Shown here piece after piece: positions 9,811 through 24,176 of a DNA stretch of 64,000 bases; position 1 is the stretch's first letter; each line of letters opens with the position of its first letter. Under the pieces are notes generated by a model, which did not search any database, had not been told where the DNA came from, and was given only the letters and a program-made list of their open reading frames with translations. Location of the stretch: positions 104,100,001 to 104,164,000 of the forward strand of contig NC_086107.1 in the NCBI RefSeq assembly GCF_963921235.1, read 5' to 3'. The stretch comes from Mobula hypostoma (lineage: Eukaryota). The translations under genes were made by a program, and so were the position numbers.

Positions 9811-12644
9811 CCCTTTATAGTTCATGTAAATGAACCAGTCATGTAAATTGGATTAGCATTGATGGATGCAGCAGTCAGCGTGGACGCATTAAGCCTGAGG
9901 GTCTGTTTCTGTGCTGTGCAACTCTGCGATTCCAGGGAAACTTCATCCATCAGCTTCTACAAGTTGAAGCAACATTGCCTGCCCTGAGCTCGTAGCTTGT
10001 TTCACAGCTAACTAAACATCATTAAATAATCTACTCCATGTTTATCTACCTCCAAGTAAAACACCTTACCTTGTAATGCAGGGGTGGTGAACTATGGTAC
10101 TTAGAAAAATTTTATTGGCATGTGACATGCAGTGCCGTCTTGATTCTTTATCATCCTCCCATAATAAAAAAGATGCGTAATTACCTTTATTTTCAAATGA
10201 AGTAGCAAATTGTTTTCTGTCTCAAATTGTTAAAAAAAACCGTGTCTCGCACCGGCCTGGTGTCAGTGAGACAGTTGTGAGAACACATGGCGTTGGGGAT
10301 ACATTTTGAAATCCTCGTAGACCTGGTGTGCAGATGATAGAACATAGGACAGTACGGGCTCTTTGGCCCATGGTATTGTGCCAACTTTTCAACGTACTCC
10401 AAGATTAATCTAACCCTACTCTTCCCCCATAGCCCTCTATTTTTCTATCATCAATGTGCCTATCCAAGAATTTCTGCATTGTTTTTGCATTGTAGGGGGA
10501 TTAAGGGTTATGGGGAAAAGGCAGGTAGGTGGAGATGAGTCCATGGCCAGATCAGCCATGTTCTTATCGAATGGCGGAGCAGGCTCGACGGGCCAGATGG
10601 CCGACTCCTGCTCCTATTTCTTGTGCCTAATGTATCTGCCTCTACCACCACCCCCATCCATGCACCCATCACTATGTGTGTGTAAAAAAAACACAACTTA
10701 CCTCTGACAACCCTCCCCCTGATACTTTCCTTCAATCACTTCAAAATTATGCTTCCTCATATTAGCCATTTCCACCCAGGGGAATTGTCTCTGGCTGTCC
10801 ATTCGATCTACGCCTCTTATCATCTTATACACCCTTATCAAGTCATCCCCCTTTGCTCCAGAGAGAGAAAGCCTAGCTCACTCCACCTCTAAGACATGCT
10901 CTCTAATTTACTATTTACAATAACAATACTAGGCCCAAAACACCAACTATCTATTTATTCCCATAGTTGCTGTCTGACCCGCTGAGTTCCACCAGCATTT
11001 TGTGTGTGTTGCTTTGGATTTCCAGCATCTGCAGAATCTCTTGTGCTTACGATTTTCTGTTCCACTGGGAAGCCTCTTCAAGGGATGCCCCCACTGAAGA
11101 TGTTTAAGTCTTCCCTTCAGGAGTTCAGTGAAACCCTCTGTCACTGCTCCCCCTCTGTGATCACTGCAGGCCCCCTGACTTGTCGACCATGTACTCACCT
11201 AGACCCGCTACCCCTTCCCACCAACCTGGGTTCACCTATCACCTTCCAGCTAGTCTCTTCCACCACCCCCCCAACTTTTTTTATTCTGGCGTCTTCACCT
11301 CTTCCTTCTCAGTCCTGAAGAAAGGTCTGGGCCCGAAACATCGACTGTTTACTCATTTCCCCAGATGCAGCCTGGCCTGCTGAGTTCCTCCAGCGTTTTG
11401 TGTGTGTTGCTTTTAATTTCCAGCATCCCTGACTTTTCATGATTTACTACTTAGAAGTGATGTTATTTTGCAATTGTCTTATTTAAAAGATTAACATTAA
11501 TACTTTCTGAACAGGTTTTCTAAAATGCCTCACACACAAAATGTTTCAGGAACTCAGTAGGCCAGGCAACGTCTGTGGAAAAAGAGTAAACAGTCGACAT
11601 TTATTTGAATCTGTCTCTGTTAGACTTTTATTAATAGTAAAACTATGAATAAGCAACAGGATTCATTCTTTTTCCTTTTAAAAAAAGCCAATATTATTGT
11701 TACTAATTCAAATGATAATCTCTGCCTGAAATTACCGTGGCTGGTAAGAGAATTTTAAAAAATTTATCACCAGTTTAGGGACACGCTCTCGCAAAGGTTC
11801 ATCATCACTGCCTTATGTCATCTACAGAAAAGAATTCAAACACCTTCCACCTTAAAGTGACGCGAGACTCTACCAGCGATGTATTATCACCCTCTCACCA
11901 CCACCTTACCACATTCCCTTGCTCCGTAGCTTCTGTTGGAAAGCTGGTATTCCAATGACTGGGAAGAGGCAGGTTCTTGCTGCAGGGTGAAGGTTGTGAT
12001 GGGAACCAGCATACGCTTTCCTATAGAACAGAATGTCCCGAGAGCAGCTGGACAACCCGTCTCCTGTAATCGTGGATTTTTATAAGTCGTACAGCCCTTT
12101 CGGCCCATTGACTCTGTGCTGGCCCTCAACCACTCACCTGCACTAATCCCACCTCAATCCTAGTTATGTGTTTCTTTTCCCACCCGTTCCCATCATCCTC
12201 CACCCGCCCCGACCCCGATTCTACCAGTCACCCACACAGTAGGGACAATTTACAGCAGACAACAAGCCGGCCAGCTGACAGATCTTTGGGATGTGGGAGA
12301 AAACCTGGAGGGTGGGGAGGGGGGATTCCACACGGTCACAAACAACGATGGAAGTCAGGATTGAATGTAGGTCTCTGGTGCTGTGCTGCCCACTGTATGG
12401 AATGAAATTACCTAGTGAAAGTAGGGCAGGAAAACAACAAGTTCACTCTGTAGTGATCCTTCCTGTCATCTGCAAAGCGTTTGAAAGCAGAGCCATCCTC
12501 AAAGTGCGTGTCCTTATATTTTGAAGTGAATTCTGAAGATTACACTTAAGGCACTTAAGATCAATTAAAGCTCAAGTTTATTGAGAGGGTCCAGAGGAGA
12601 TTCGGGAGAACGAACCCGGGAATGAAATGTTTAATGTATGAGGA

Positions 12645-12950
12645 GTGTGGGCACGTGGCCAAGTGGTTAAGGCATTGGACTAGCAATCTGAAGGTCGTGA
12701 GTCCGATCCCCAGCCGAGGGAACGTGTTGTGTCCTTGAGCAAGGCACTTAATCACACATTGCTCTGCGACGACACCAGTGCCAAGCTGTATAGATCCTAA
12801 TCCCCTTCCCTTGGACAACATTGGTGTCATGGAGAGGGGAGACTCGCAGCATGGGCAACTGCCGGTCTTCCATACAACCTTGCCCAGGCCTGCACCCTGG
12901 AGAGTGAAGACTTTCCAGGCACCGATCCATGGTCTCGCATTATTATTTAT
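12645..12950 (+). mobile_element. tRNA-derived SINE2 (inverted copy at about 59975-60260)
   Basis: tggccaagtgg A box, B-box-like gagtccgatcccc and the gtgtccttgagcaaggcacttaa core; inserted within a CR1 fragment. Confidence 0.8.
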
Positions 12951-13512
12951 TATTTATATGAGGAGTGTTTGATGGTTTTGTGCCTGTACTTGCTGGAGTT
13001 TAGAAGAATGAGGGGGAATCTCATTGAAACCTCTCGAGTATTACTTAAGAATGGCGGAGACAATATTGTGATGGGAGAGGGGAATGGGGTTGGATGGACA
13101 AGGGCTGGGAGGTTGAGTAGAATCAGGACCTGGTCTCAAACTTGCTCTCTGGATATTGATTGCAAGCTGAATGATATAATTGAAAGCTCTTGTAATTTAA
13201 AAATATGTGGTTTTGATGCCTGGCAAATGCTTTTGAAATTTCTGCAAGCGTTGCTTCAAGATGGTCCTGTATTTAATGAGTTTATTGCTGGGATGTGTGG
13301 CAAGATCTCTTCTACATTTGTCCTGCTTTGATGAAAGCAGACAGGTTGTTCCAGAGTCTAGTGCCCTGCAGTCACATCTCGACTGGACAGGGCGAGTTCC
13401 CTCCCACGATAGGATGTTTGGTGATAACCCTACAGCCTCACCTCTACTGCAAGCAGCTTTCCCTTCCCAGTCTTGCCTCGAGACTAAATTTGAATTTTAG
13501 TGGGAAAAGATC

Positions 13513-13745
13513 GGGGCAGCGCGGTAGCACAGCAGTCAGCATAACACCACTACAGCCTCAGCGACCTGGGTTCAATTCCCGCCACTGCATGGGAGATGTT
13601 TGCATGTTCTGCTCGGGAGCGTGTGGGTTTCCTCCGGGTGCTCTGGTTTCCTCCCACAGTCCAAAGACATATGGGTTAATAGGTTAATTACGATAATGGT
13701 GACGTAGACTTGTTGGGACAGAAGGGCTTGTTACCAATGAATAAT
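13513..13745 (+). mobile_element. V-SINE / HE1-like SINE (other fragments at about 4790-5010, 51300-51610, 59690-59920)
   Basis: tRNA-like head (gggttcaattcc) and V-domain gtgggtttcctccgggtgctctggtttcctcccacagtccaaagac. Confidence 0.75.
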
Positions 13746-14539
13746 TAAAATCCGGCACTGTGGTTCTGGTGCCCGGATTTCACCATGCCTGCACTATGGG
13801 ACAGCACTGCTAGAAGTAAGGTGTCTCTGTGCACGAGGCAGCCTAGCTGGAAAATATTCACACTCCAGAGGTTTGTGGGCAGAGAGGAGAGCGGGGCAAA
13901 AATAAAACGGAGGTTGTTAGGTTCTTTGATGGCGTCGAAGATTACGGGGAGAGGCAGGAGAATGGGGCTCAGAGGGAAAATAAATCAGCCATGATAGAAT
14001 GGCGCAGTGGACTAGATGGGCCAAACGGCCTCATTTTGCTCCTGTGTCTGATGGTCAAATTTCAGGCATGACTTGGTGAAGGACAGCTCTAGCCACACAT
14101 CCCTAGTAGCGGAGTGCCAACGGGAGCCAGCATTACTATGATGTCAGAACGTTCTGTATCTTCACTGCAACACTACCGTGCCTGGTGGAAACAGTTTGTT
14201 AAGACAATCCCACGGTTAATAAATTGTCATGGGTTTAATATTTCACCTGTTTGTTTGTTTTCCTGCGGATGGAATAGACTGATGATGCAATGGAGCTTTA
14301 CAAACAGGGTGAACTTCCTGGGATGCTGTACAGGAAATTTGGTCTGCATGTCATTTCCACACAGAGATACCAAGAGGAGTGGCACGGACTGGACTTTCAC
14401 ATAGGAAACGACGGGCACCACACAAACAGAATGAGGGAATCTTAAATAGATTATGTACCAGACACTTCATTATATCAAACCCACTGTGACAGACCGGGCA
14501 AGAACAAGATTGGATGGCCCACCACCAGTGAAAGGAATT

Positions 14540-15050
14540 GAATTGACTATTTCTTACATCCTTCATATACGTGAGGAGTAAAAATCTTTACGTTACGTCT
14601 CTGTCTAAATGTAATTTATAATAAATATTATGTACAACAGGACAGTCAATATAACATAGAAATACAATTGTATCAGCGTGAATTAATCAATCTGATGGCC
14701 TGGTGGAAGAAACTGTCCCAAAGCCTGTTGGTCCTGGCTTTTATGCTGTGGTACCGTTTCCCGGATGGTAGCAGCTGGAATAGATTATGGTTAGGGTGAC
14801 TCGAGTACTGAATGATCCTTCGGGCCCTTTTTACGCACCTGTCTTTGTAAATGTCCTGAATAGTGGGAAGTTCACATCTACAGATGTGCTGGGCTGTCCA
14901 CACCACTCTCTACAGAGACCTGCGATTAAGAGAGGTACAGTTCCCATACCAGGCAGTGATGCAGCCAGTCAGGATGCTCTCAGTTGTGCCCCTGTAGAAA
15001 GTTCTTAGGATTTGGGGGCCCTTGCCAAACTTCTTCAACTGTCTGAGGAC
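14540..15050 (-). mobile_element. Rex1/Babar-like LINE 3' fragment (close copy at about 51680-52155)
   Basis: ORF 14673-14906 HPNHNLFQLLPSGKRY...SFFHQAIRLIN, with the same 3' UTR as the second copy. Confidence 0.8.
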
Positions 15051-15260
15051 CACCATCAGATTTAGACAGGCAATGGTACCTTCAGCCCAATCTCCGCCAC
15101 ATTAGCCCATGAATACACTTACACAGACATCCCACAGATGAATCAGGCATTAGCCTGGCAGAGTTGTTTTCAATCGCCACCCAAGCTGATGTTCAATCTG
15201 TCTGGCAGAATTGACCCACCAGAGGTTCAAAGTTCAAAGTAAATCTATTATCAATGTACG

Positions 15261-15794
15261 TACATTCAGTGGCCACTTTATGAGGTACATCTGTACACCT
15301 GCTCATTAATGCAAACATCTAATCAGCCAATCACGTGGCAGCAACTCAATGCATAAAAGCATGCAGACATGGTCAAGAGGTTCAGTTGTTGTTCTGACCA
15401 AACATCAGAATGGGGGAAGAAATGTGACGTAATTGTCTTTGATCTTGGTGCCAAACGGGGTGGTTTGAGTATCTCAGAAACTGCTGGGATTTTCGTACAC
15501 AAGTCTTAGAGTTTACAGAGAGTGGTGCAAAAAACATCCAGCGAGCAACAGTTCTGTGGCTGAAAGAACCTTGTGAATGACAGAGGTCAGAGGAAAGTGG
15601 CCAGACTGGTTCAAGCTGACAGGTAACTCAAAAAAACCACAGTGGTGTGCAGAAGAGCATCTCTGAGTACACAACATGTCAAACATTGAAGTGGATGGGC
15701 TACAGCAGCAGAAGACCATGAACAAACACAGAGTGGCTAATTTATTACATACAGGGGGTATGGGAGGTTCCCAATAAAGTGGCCACTGTATGTA
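15261..15794 (+). mobile_element. Non-autonomous Tc1/mariner-type DNA transposon
   Basis: TIRs cagtggccactttat (from about 15267) and ataaagtggccactg (to about 15788), flanked by TA; transposase remnants (GGLSISETAG). Confidence 0.85.
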
Positions 15795-16689
15795 TTTATT
15801 ACCATATACTACCTTGAGATGCATTTTATTGCAGGCATTTACTGGAAAATAAAGAAATTCAATGAAATGTTTGATAACTGTAAATAACTGACAAACAACC
15901 AAAAGATAAAGTGTGCAAATAATAATAAAACAGAATAAATAATATTGAGAACACAAGCTGTAGAGTCTTTGAAAGCAAGTGTAGGTTGTGGAGTCAGTTT
16001 AGTGTTGAGATGTGCAAAGTTATCCACGCTGATGGGTAAAAACCGTTCCTGAACACAGTGATGTGGCATCTGAGGCTCCTGTACCTCCTGCCCGACGGTG
16101 GTAGAGAGAAGAGAGCATGGCCTGGATGGTGGGGGTCTTCGATGGTGGCTGCTCCTTTCTTGTGATGGGGAGGGCTCTGCCTGTGGTGGACTGGGTTGTA
16201 TCCACCACTTCCTGTAGGCTTTTCCATCCCTGAGCGTTGGTGTTTCCGTACCAGATCATGATGCTCTCCACTGTTCACCTGCAGAGCTTTTGTCAACGTT
16301 TGAGACTCTGGTCACCACAGTGATGTCCAGGTGGGGCCCGGACTTAGACGCCTGCGGAATCCCCCTGACTCCTGAAGACCTGATGGTGGGACGACTGGCC
16401 CTGGATGCACTTTCTGCTCGTGTCTAAGCACTTGTGCTGGGTTCCGCTGATGCCTTCCTCTATTTGTGTGCCACTGACAGGAAGGCCACTGGGGCATAGA
16501 AAGTGAAACTGGTGTCCCAGTGAGGCTTAAACAGCAACTTCAGAGGCTGGGCAATGATAAAACCCCTTTTTGATTCGGCAGTGAGAACTAATCAATGGAA
16601 TGTCGGGTGAATTTTCGTCTGTCCACACACTCTGCCTACTCCTCTTGCTGCCTGCATAATCAAAAATCCCACCACTCTGGACATCCTTA

Positions 16690-17220
16690 GTAGTAGTAGT
16701 CATACTTTATTGATCCTGAGGGAAATTGGTTTTTGTTACAGTTGCACCATAAGTAATTAAATAGTAACAAAACCATAAATAATTAAATAGTAATATTTAA
16801 ATTATGCCAGGAAATAAGTCCAGGACCAGCCTATTGGCTCAGGGTGTCTGACCCTCCAAGGGAGGAGTTGCAAAGTTTGATGGCCACAGGCAGGAATGGC
16901 TTCCTATGACGCTCTGTGTTGCATCTCGGTGGAATGAGTCTCTGGCTGAATGTACTTCTGTGCCTACCCAGTACATTATGTAGTGGATGGGAGACATTGT
17001 CCAAAATGGCATGCAACTTGGACAGCATCCTCTTTTCAGACACCACCGTGATTAGAGTCCAGTTCCATCCCCACAACATCACTGGCCTTACGAATGAGTT
17101 TGTTGATTCTGTTGGTGTCTGCTACCCTCAGCCTGCTGCCCCAGCACACAACAGCAAACATGATAGCACTGACCACCACAGACTCATAGAACATCCTCAG
17201 CATTGTCCGACAGATGTTCT
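16690..17220 (-). mobile_element. LINE 3' fragment of a Rex1/Babar-like family (second copy 24177-24530)
   Basis: RMLSKLHAILDNVSHPLH...TERHRKPFLPVAIKL; both copies end in tag/tagtca-type tails. Confidence 0.75.
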
Positions 17221-17371
17221 AACCTTGCATAATTCTGCTCTGGCGTCTTATGGTCTTGCGAGTATGCACAGGTAGAGTGAGAAGCTCGCAGAAGCATTAC
17301 AGGCATTATTCACAAGGAAAACAGATTCAGCACGACTTTTACACTATTTTAAGAAGAACACGACCGGAACA

Positions 17372-19782
17372 GAATGCAGGATGGTTTATTGAACCAACAT
17401 GTCGAGGTACCAACTAGAGAGCAGGCAATTCTAGATTGGGTATTGAGCAATGAGGAAGGGTTAATTAGCAATCTTATCATGAGAGGCCCCTTGGGTAAGA
17501 TGACCATAATATGGTGGAATTCTTCATTAAGATGGAGAGTGATATAGTTGATTCAGAAACAAAGGTTCTGAACTTAAAGAAGGGTAACTGTGAAGGTATG
17601 AGACGTGAATTAGCTAAGATAGACTGGCAAATGACACTTAAAGGGTTGACGGTGGATATGCAATGGCAAGCATTTAAAGATCGCATGGATGAACTACAAC
17701 AATTGCTCATCCCAGTTTGGCAAAAGAATAAATCAGGGAAGGTAGTGCACCCGTGGCTGACAAGGGAAATTAGGGATAGTATCAATTTCAAAGAAGAAAC
17801 ATACAAATTAGCCAGAAAAAGCGGCTCACCTGAGGACTGGGAGAAATTCAGAGTCCGGCAGAGGAGGACAAAGGGCTTAATTAGGAAAGGGAAAAGTGAT
17901 TATGAGAGAAGACTGGCAGGAAATATAAAAACTGACCGTAAAAGCTTTTATAGATATGTGAAAAGAAAAAGATTGGTTAAGACAAATGTAGGTCCCTTAC
18001 AGTCAGAAACAGGTGAATTGATTTTGGGGAACAAGGACATGGCAGACCAATTGAATAACTACTTTAGTTCTGTCTTCACTAAGGAGGACATAAATAATCT
18101 TCCGGAAATAGTAGAGGACAGAGGGTCTAGTGAGGTGGAGGAACTGAGGGAAATACATGTTAGTAGGGAAGTACTGTTAGGTAAATTGAAGGGATTAAAG
18201 GCAGATAAATCCCCAGGGCCAGATGGTCTGCATCCCAGAGTGCTTATAGAAGTAGCCCAAGAAATAGTGGATGCATTAGTGATAATTTTTCAAAACTCTT
18301 TAGATTCTGGACTAGTTCTTGAGGATTGGAGGGTGGCTAATGTAACCCTACTTTTTAAAAAAGGAGGGAGAGAGAAACCGGGGAATTTTAGACCGGTTAG
18401 CCTAACATCATTAGTGGGGAAACTGCTAGAGTCAGTTATCAAAGATGTGATAACAGCACATTTAGAAAGCAGTGAAATCATCGGACAAAGTCAGCATGGA
18501 TTTGTGAAAGGAAAATCATGTCTGACGAATCTCATAGAATTTTTTGAGGATGTAACTAGTAGAGTGGATAGGGGAGAACCAGTGGATGCGGTATATTTGT
18601 ATTTTCAAAAGGCTTTTGACAAGGTCCCACACAGGAGATTAGTGTGCAAACTTAAAGCACATGGTATTGGGGGTATGGCATTGATGTGGATAGAGAATTG
18701 GTTGGCAGACAGGAAGCAAAGAATGGGAATAAACGGGATCTTTTCATAATGGCAGGCAGTGACTAGTGGGGTACCGCAAGGCTCAGCGCTGGGACCCCAG
18801 TTGTTTACAATATATATTAATGACTTAGACGAGGGAATTAAATGCAGCATCTCCAAGTTTGCGGATGACACAAAGCTGGGCGGCAGTGTTAGCTGTGAGG
18901 AGGATGCTAAGAGGATGCAGGGTGACTTGGATAGGTTAGGTGAGTGGGCAAATTCATGGCAGATGCAATTAAATGTGGATAAATGTGAGGCTATCCACTT
19001 CGGTGGCAAAAACAGGAATGGTGGCCGATTAGGACAAAGGGAGGTGCAACAAGACCTGGGTGTCATTATACACCAGTCATTGAAAGTGGGCATGCAGGTA
19101 CAGCAGGCAGTGAAAAAGGCGAATGGTATGCTGGCATTTATAACAAGAGGATTCGAGTACAGGAGCAGGGAGGTTCTACTGCAGTTATGCAAGGCCTTGG
19201 TGAGACCACACCTGGAGTATTGTGTGCAGTTTTGGTCCCCTAATCTGAGGAAAGACATTCTTGCCATAGAGGGAGTACAAAGAAGGTTCACCAGATTGAT
19301 TCCTGGGATGGCAGGACTTTCATATGATGAAAGACTGGATCGACTAGGCTTATACTCGTTGGAATTTAGAAGATTGAGGGGGGATCTGATTGAAATGTAT
19401 AAAATCCTAAAGGGATTGGACAGGCTAGATGCAGGAAGATTGTTCCCGATGTTGGGGAAGTCCAGAACGAGGGGTCACAGTTTGAGGATAAAGGGGAAGC
19501 CTTTTAGGACCGAGATTAGGAAAAACTTCTTCACACAGAGAGTGGTGAATCTGTGGAATTCTCTGCCACAGGAAACAGTTGAGGCCAGTTCATTGGCTAT
19601 ATTTAAGAGGGAGTTAGATGTGGCCCTTGTGGCTAAAGGGATCGGGGGTATGGAGAGAAGGCAGGTAGAGGGTTCTGAGTTGGATGATCAGCCATGATCA
19701 TACTGAATGGCAGTGCAGGCTCGAAGGGCCGAATGGCCTACTCCTGCACCTATTTTCTATGTTTCTATGTTTCTATGTTTCT
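17372..19782 (+). mobile_element. Young CR1 LINE, 5'-truncated, RT with a premature stop
   Basis: ORFs 17511-18749 and 18759-19697 (KSPGPDG, QHGF, KAFDKV, GVPQGS, FADD); (tttctatg)n tail. Confidence 0.97.
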
Positions 19783-20134
19783 AGACCAGAAAATAACTTA
19801 ATTTTAGAGCCCAGTGAGGTGCTTCTGTTGCACTTTTTTAGGAAAGGTTTATGAAAAAAAGTTACATTATTTCCACTGTTCTCAGCTCAGCATTTACCAG
19901 ATGAGGGATTAGTATTTTTTGCCACACCTGGACCATGAGATATAGGAGCGGAATTATACCATTCGGCCCATCCAGTCTGCTCCACCATGGCTGATATGTT
20001 AGGGGAGCCGGCGGGGGGGGTGGTGGGAACCAGCCTCCCCTCCACACATTTCTCCAGATCACCTGGCTGTCTGCTGTTCGACCTGGAGACCGAAAAAGGA
20101 CGGTGTCTGAAAGGGCGTGGTGTATGGGTCTCCA

Positions 20135-21050
20135 ACTAGCTGGGTGGCAGTGTGAAATGTGAGGAGGATGTTATGAGAATGCAGGGTGACTTGGACAGGT
20201 TGGGTGAGTGGGCAGATGCATGGCAGATGCAGTTTAATGTGGATAAATGTGAGGTTATCCACTTTGGTGGCAAGAACAGGAAGGCAGATTACTATCTGAA
20301 TGGCGTTCAAGTTAGGAAAAGGGGAAGTACAACGAGATCTGGGTGTCCTTGTTCATCAGTCACTGAAGGTAAGCATGCAGGTACAGCAGGCAGTGAGGAA
20401 AGCTAATGGCATGCTGGCCTTCATAACAAGGGGAATTGAGTATAGGAGCAAAGAGGTCCTTCTGCAGATGGACAGGGCCCTGGTGAGACCACACCTGGAA
20501 TATTGTGTACAGTTTTGGTATCCAAATTTGAAGGAAGGACATTCTAGCTATTGAGGGAGTGCAGCGTAGGTTCACGAGGTTAATTCCCAGGATGGTGGGA
20601 CTGTCATATGTTGAAATATTGGAGTGACTGGGCTTGTATACACTGGAATTTAGAAGGATGAGAGGGGATCTGATTGAAACATATAAGATTATTAAGGGAT
20701 TGGACACGTCAGAGGCAGGAAACATGTTCCCGATGTGGGGGAGTCCAGAAGCAGAGGCCACAGTTTAAGAATAAGGGGTAGGCCATTTAGAACGGAGTTG
20801 AGGAAAAACTTTTTCACACAGAGGGTTGTGGATCTGTGGAATGCTCTGCCTCAGAAGGCAGTGGAGGCCAATTCTCCGGATGCTTTCAAGAAAGAGTTAG
20901 ATAGAGCTCTTAAAGGTAGCGGAGTCAAGGGATACGGGGAAAGGCAGGAACAGGGTACTGATTGTGGATGATCAGCCGTGATCACAGTGAATGGCGGTGC
21001 TATCTCGAAGGGCTGAATGGCCTACTCCTGCACCTATCGTCTATTGTCCA
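20135..21050 (+). mobile_element. CR1 LINE 3' fragment, frameshifted
   Basis: Overlapping ORFs 20152-20971 with QGDLDRLGEWA...LVRPHLEYCVQFW...GHSLRIRG. Confidence 0.93.
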
Positions 21051-21329
21051 GAGAAAGGGTAACACTGTGCAGTGACCTCCTTACTGTGAGGCTACATTAA
21101 GCTGTGTGTGAAGCCTGATAATGCAAGCGCTGAGTGTCTCTCTGCAAGATTGTAAGACATTGGAGCAGAATTAGGCCATTCGGACCATCGAGTCTGCTCC
21201 ACCATTCCATCACGGCTGACTTATTATCCCACAACCCCATTCTCCTGCACTCTCCCCGTGACCTTTGACACCCTTACTAATCAAGAACCTATCAAGCTCT
21301 GCTTAATATATAACCTATGGCTTGGTATC

Positions 21330-24176
21330 CATAGAAACATAGAAAATAGGTGCAGGAGTAGGCCATTCGGCCCTTCGAGCCTGCACCGCCATTCAGTATG
21401 ATCATGGCTGATCATCCAACTCAGAACCCTGTAACCAGCCTTCCCTCCATACTCCCTGATCCCTTTAGCCACAAGGGCCATATCTAACTCCTTCTTAAAT
21501 ATAGCCAATGAACTGGCCTCAACTGTTTCCTGTGGCAGAGAATTCCACAGATTCACCATTCTCTGTGTGAAGAAGTTTTTCCTCATCTCGGTCCTAAAAG
21601 GCTTCCCCTTTATCTTCAAACTGTGACCCCTCATTCTGGACTTTCCCAATATTGGGAACAATCTTCCTGCATCTAGCCTGTCCAATCCCTTTATAATTTT
21701 ATACGTTTCAATCAGATCCCCCCTCAATCTTCTAAATTCCAGAGAGTATAAGCCTAGCCAATCCAGTCTTTCATCATATGAAAGTCCTGCCATCCCAGGA
21801 ATCAATCTGGTGAACCTTCTTTGTACTCCCTCTATGGCAAGAATGTCTTTCCTCAGATTAGGGGACCAAAACTGCACACAATACTCCAGATGTGGTCTCA
21901 CCAAGGCCTTGTACAACTGCAGTAGAACCTCCCTGCTCCTGTACTTGAATCCTCTTGCTACGAATGCCAGCATACCATTCGCCTTTTTCACCGCCTGCTG
22001 TACCTGCATGCCCACTTTCAATGACTGGTGTATAATGACACCCAGGTCTCGTTGCACCTCCCCTTTTCCTAACTGGCCACCATTCAGATAATTTGCTTTC
22101 CTGTTCTTGCCACCAAAGTGGATAACCTCATATTTATCCACATTAAATTGCATCTGCCATGAATTTGCCCACTCACCTAACCTATCCAAGTCACCCTGCA
22201 TCCTCTTAGCATCCTCCTCACAGCTAACACTGCCGCCCAGCTTTGTGACATCCTCAAACTTGGAGATGCTGCATTTAATTCCCTCGTCTAAGTCATTAAT
22301 ATATATTGTAAACAACTGGGGTCCCAGCACTGAGCCTTGCGGTACCCCACTAGTCACTGCCTGCCATTATGAAAAGGTCCCGTTTATTCCCACTCTTTGC
22401 TTCCTGTCTACCAACCAATTCTCTATCCACATCAATACCATACCCCCAATACCATGTGCTTTAAGTTTGCACACTAATCTCCTGTGTGGGACCTTGTCAA
22501 AAGCCTTTTGAAAATCCAAATATACCACATCCACTGGTTCTCCCCTATCCACTCTACTAGTTACATCCTCAAAAAATTCTATGAGATTCGTCAGACATGA
22601 TTTTCCTTTCACAAATCCATGCTGACTTTGTCCGATGATTTCACCACTTTCCAAATGTGCTGTTATCACATCCTTGATAACTGACTCTAGCATTTTCCCC
22701 ACCACCGATGTCAGGCTCACCGGTCTATAATTCCCCGGTTTCTCTCTCCCTCCTTTTTTAAAAAGCGGGGTTACATTAGCCATCCTCCAATCTTCAGGAA
22801 CTAGTCCAGAATCTAAAGAGTTTTGAAAAATTATCACTAATGCATCCACTATTTCTTGGGCTACTTCCATAAGCACTCTGGGATGCAGACCATCTGGCCC
22901 TGAGGATTTATCTGCCTTTAATCCCTTCAATTTACCTAACACCACTTCCCTACTAACATGTATTTCCCTCAGCTCCTCCATCTCACTAGACCCTCAGTCC
23001 CCGACTATTTCTGGAAGATTATTTATGTACTCCTTAGTGAAGACAGAACCAAAGTAGTTATTCAATTTATCAGCCATGTCCTTGTTCCCCATGATCAATT
23101 CACCTGTTTCTGACTGTAAGGGACCTACATTTGTCTTAACCAATCTTTTTCTTTTCACATATCTATAAAAGCTTTTACAGTCAGTTTTTATGTTCCCTGC
23201 CAGCTTTCTCTCTTAATCTTTTTTCCCTTTCCTAATTAAGCCCTTTGTCCTCCTCTGCTGGACTCTGAATTTCTCCCAGTCCTCAGGTGAGCCACTTTTT
23301 CTGGCTAATTTGTATGTTTCTTCTTTGGAATTGATACTATCCCCAATTTCCCTTGTCAGCCACGGGTGCACTACCTTTCCTGGTTTATTCTTTTGCCAAA
23401 CTGGGATGAACAATTGTAGTTCATCCATGTGATCTTTAAATGCTTTCCATTGCATATCCACCATCAACCCTTTAAGTATCATTTGCCAGTCTACCTTAGC
23501 TAATTCACGTCTCATACCTTCAAAGTTACCCTTCTTTAAGTTCAGAACCTTTTTTTCTGAATTAACTATATCACTCTCCATCTTAATGAAGAATTCCACC
23601 ATATTATGGTCACTCTTACCCAAGGGGCCTCGCACGACAAGATTGCTAACTAACCCTTCCTCATTACTCAATACCCAGTCCAGAATAGCCTGCTCTCTAG
23701 TTGGTTCCTCGACATGTTGGTTCAGAAAACTATCCCGCATACATTCCAAGAAATCCTCATCCTCAGCACCCTTACCAATTTGGTTCACCCAATCTACATG
23801 TAGATTGAAGTCACCCATTATAACTGCTGTTCCTTTATTGTACGCATTTCTAATTTCCTGTTTAATACCATCCCTAACCTCACTACTACTGTTAGATGGC
23901 CTGTACACAACTCCCACCAGCGTTTTCTGCCCCTTAGTGTTATGCAGCTCTACCCATATCGATTCCACATCCTCCCGGCTTATGTCCTTCCTTTCTATTG
24001 CGTTAATCTCCTCTCTAACCAGCAACGCCACCCCACCTCCTTTTCTTTCATGTCTATCCCTCCTGAATATTGAATATCCCTGAACATTGAGCTCCCATCC
24101 CTGGTCACCCTGGAGCCATGTCTCTGTGATCCCAACTATATCATATTCATTAATAACTATCTGCACATTTAATTCA
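21330..24176 (-). mobile_element. Young CR1 LINE with nearly complete ORF2 (APE endonuclease + RT), disrupted
   Basis: 23213-24166 APE motifs (GITETW, GGGVAL, YRP, MGDFN, LDWVL, SDH); RT in 22367-22981 and 21281-22357. Confidence 0.97.
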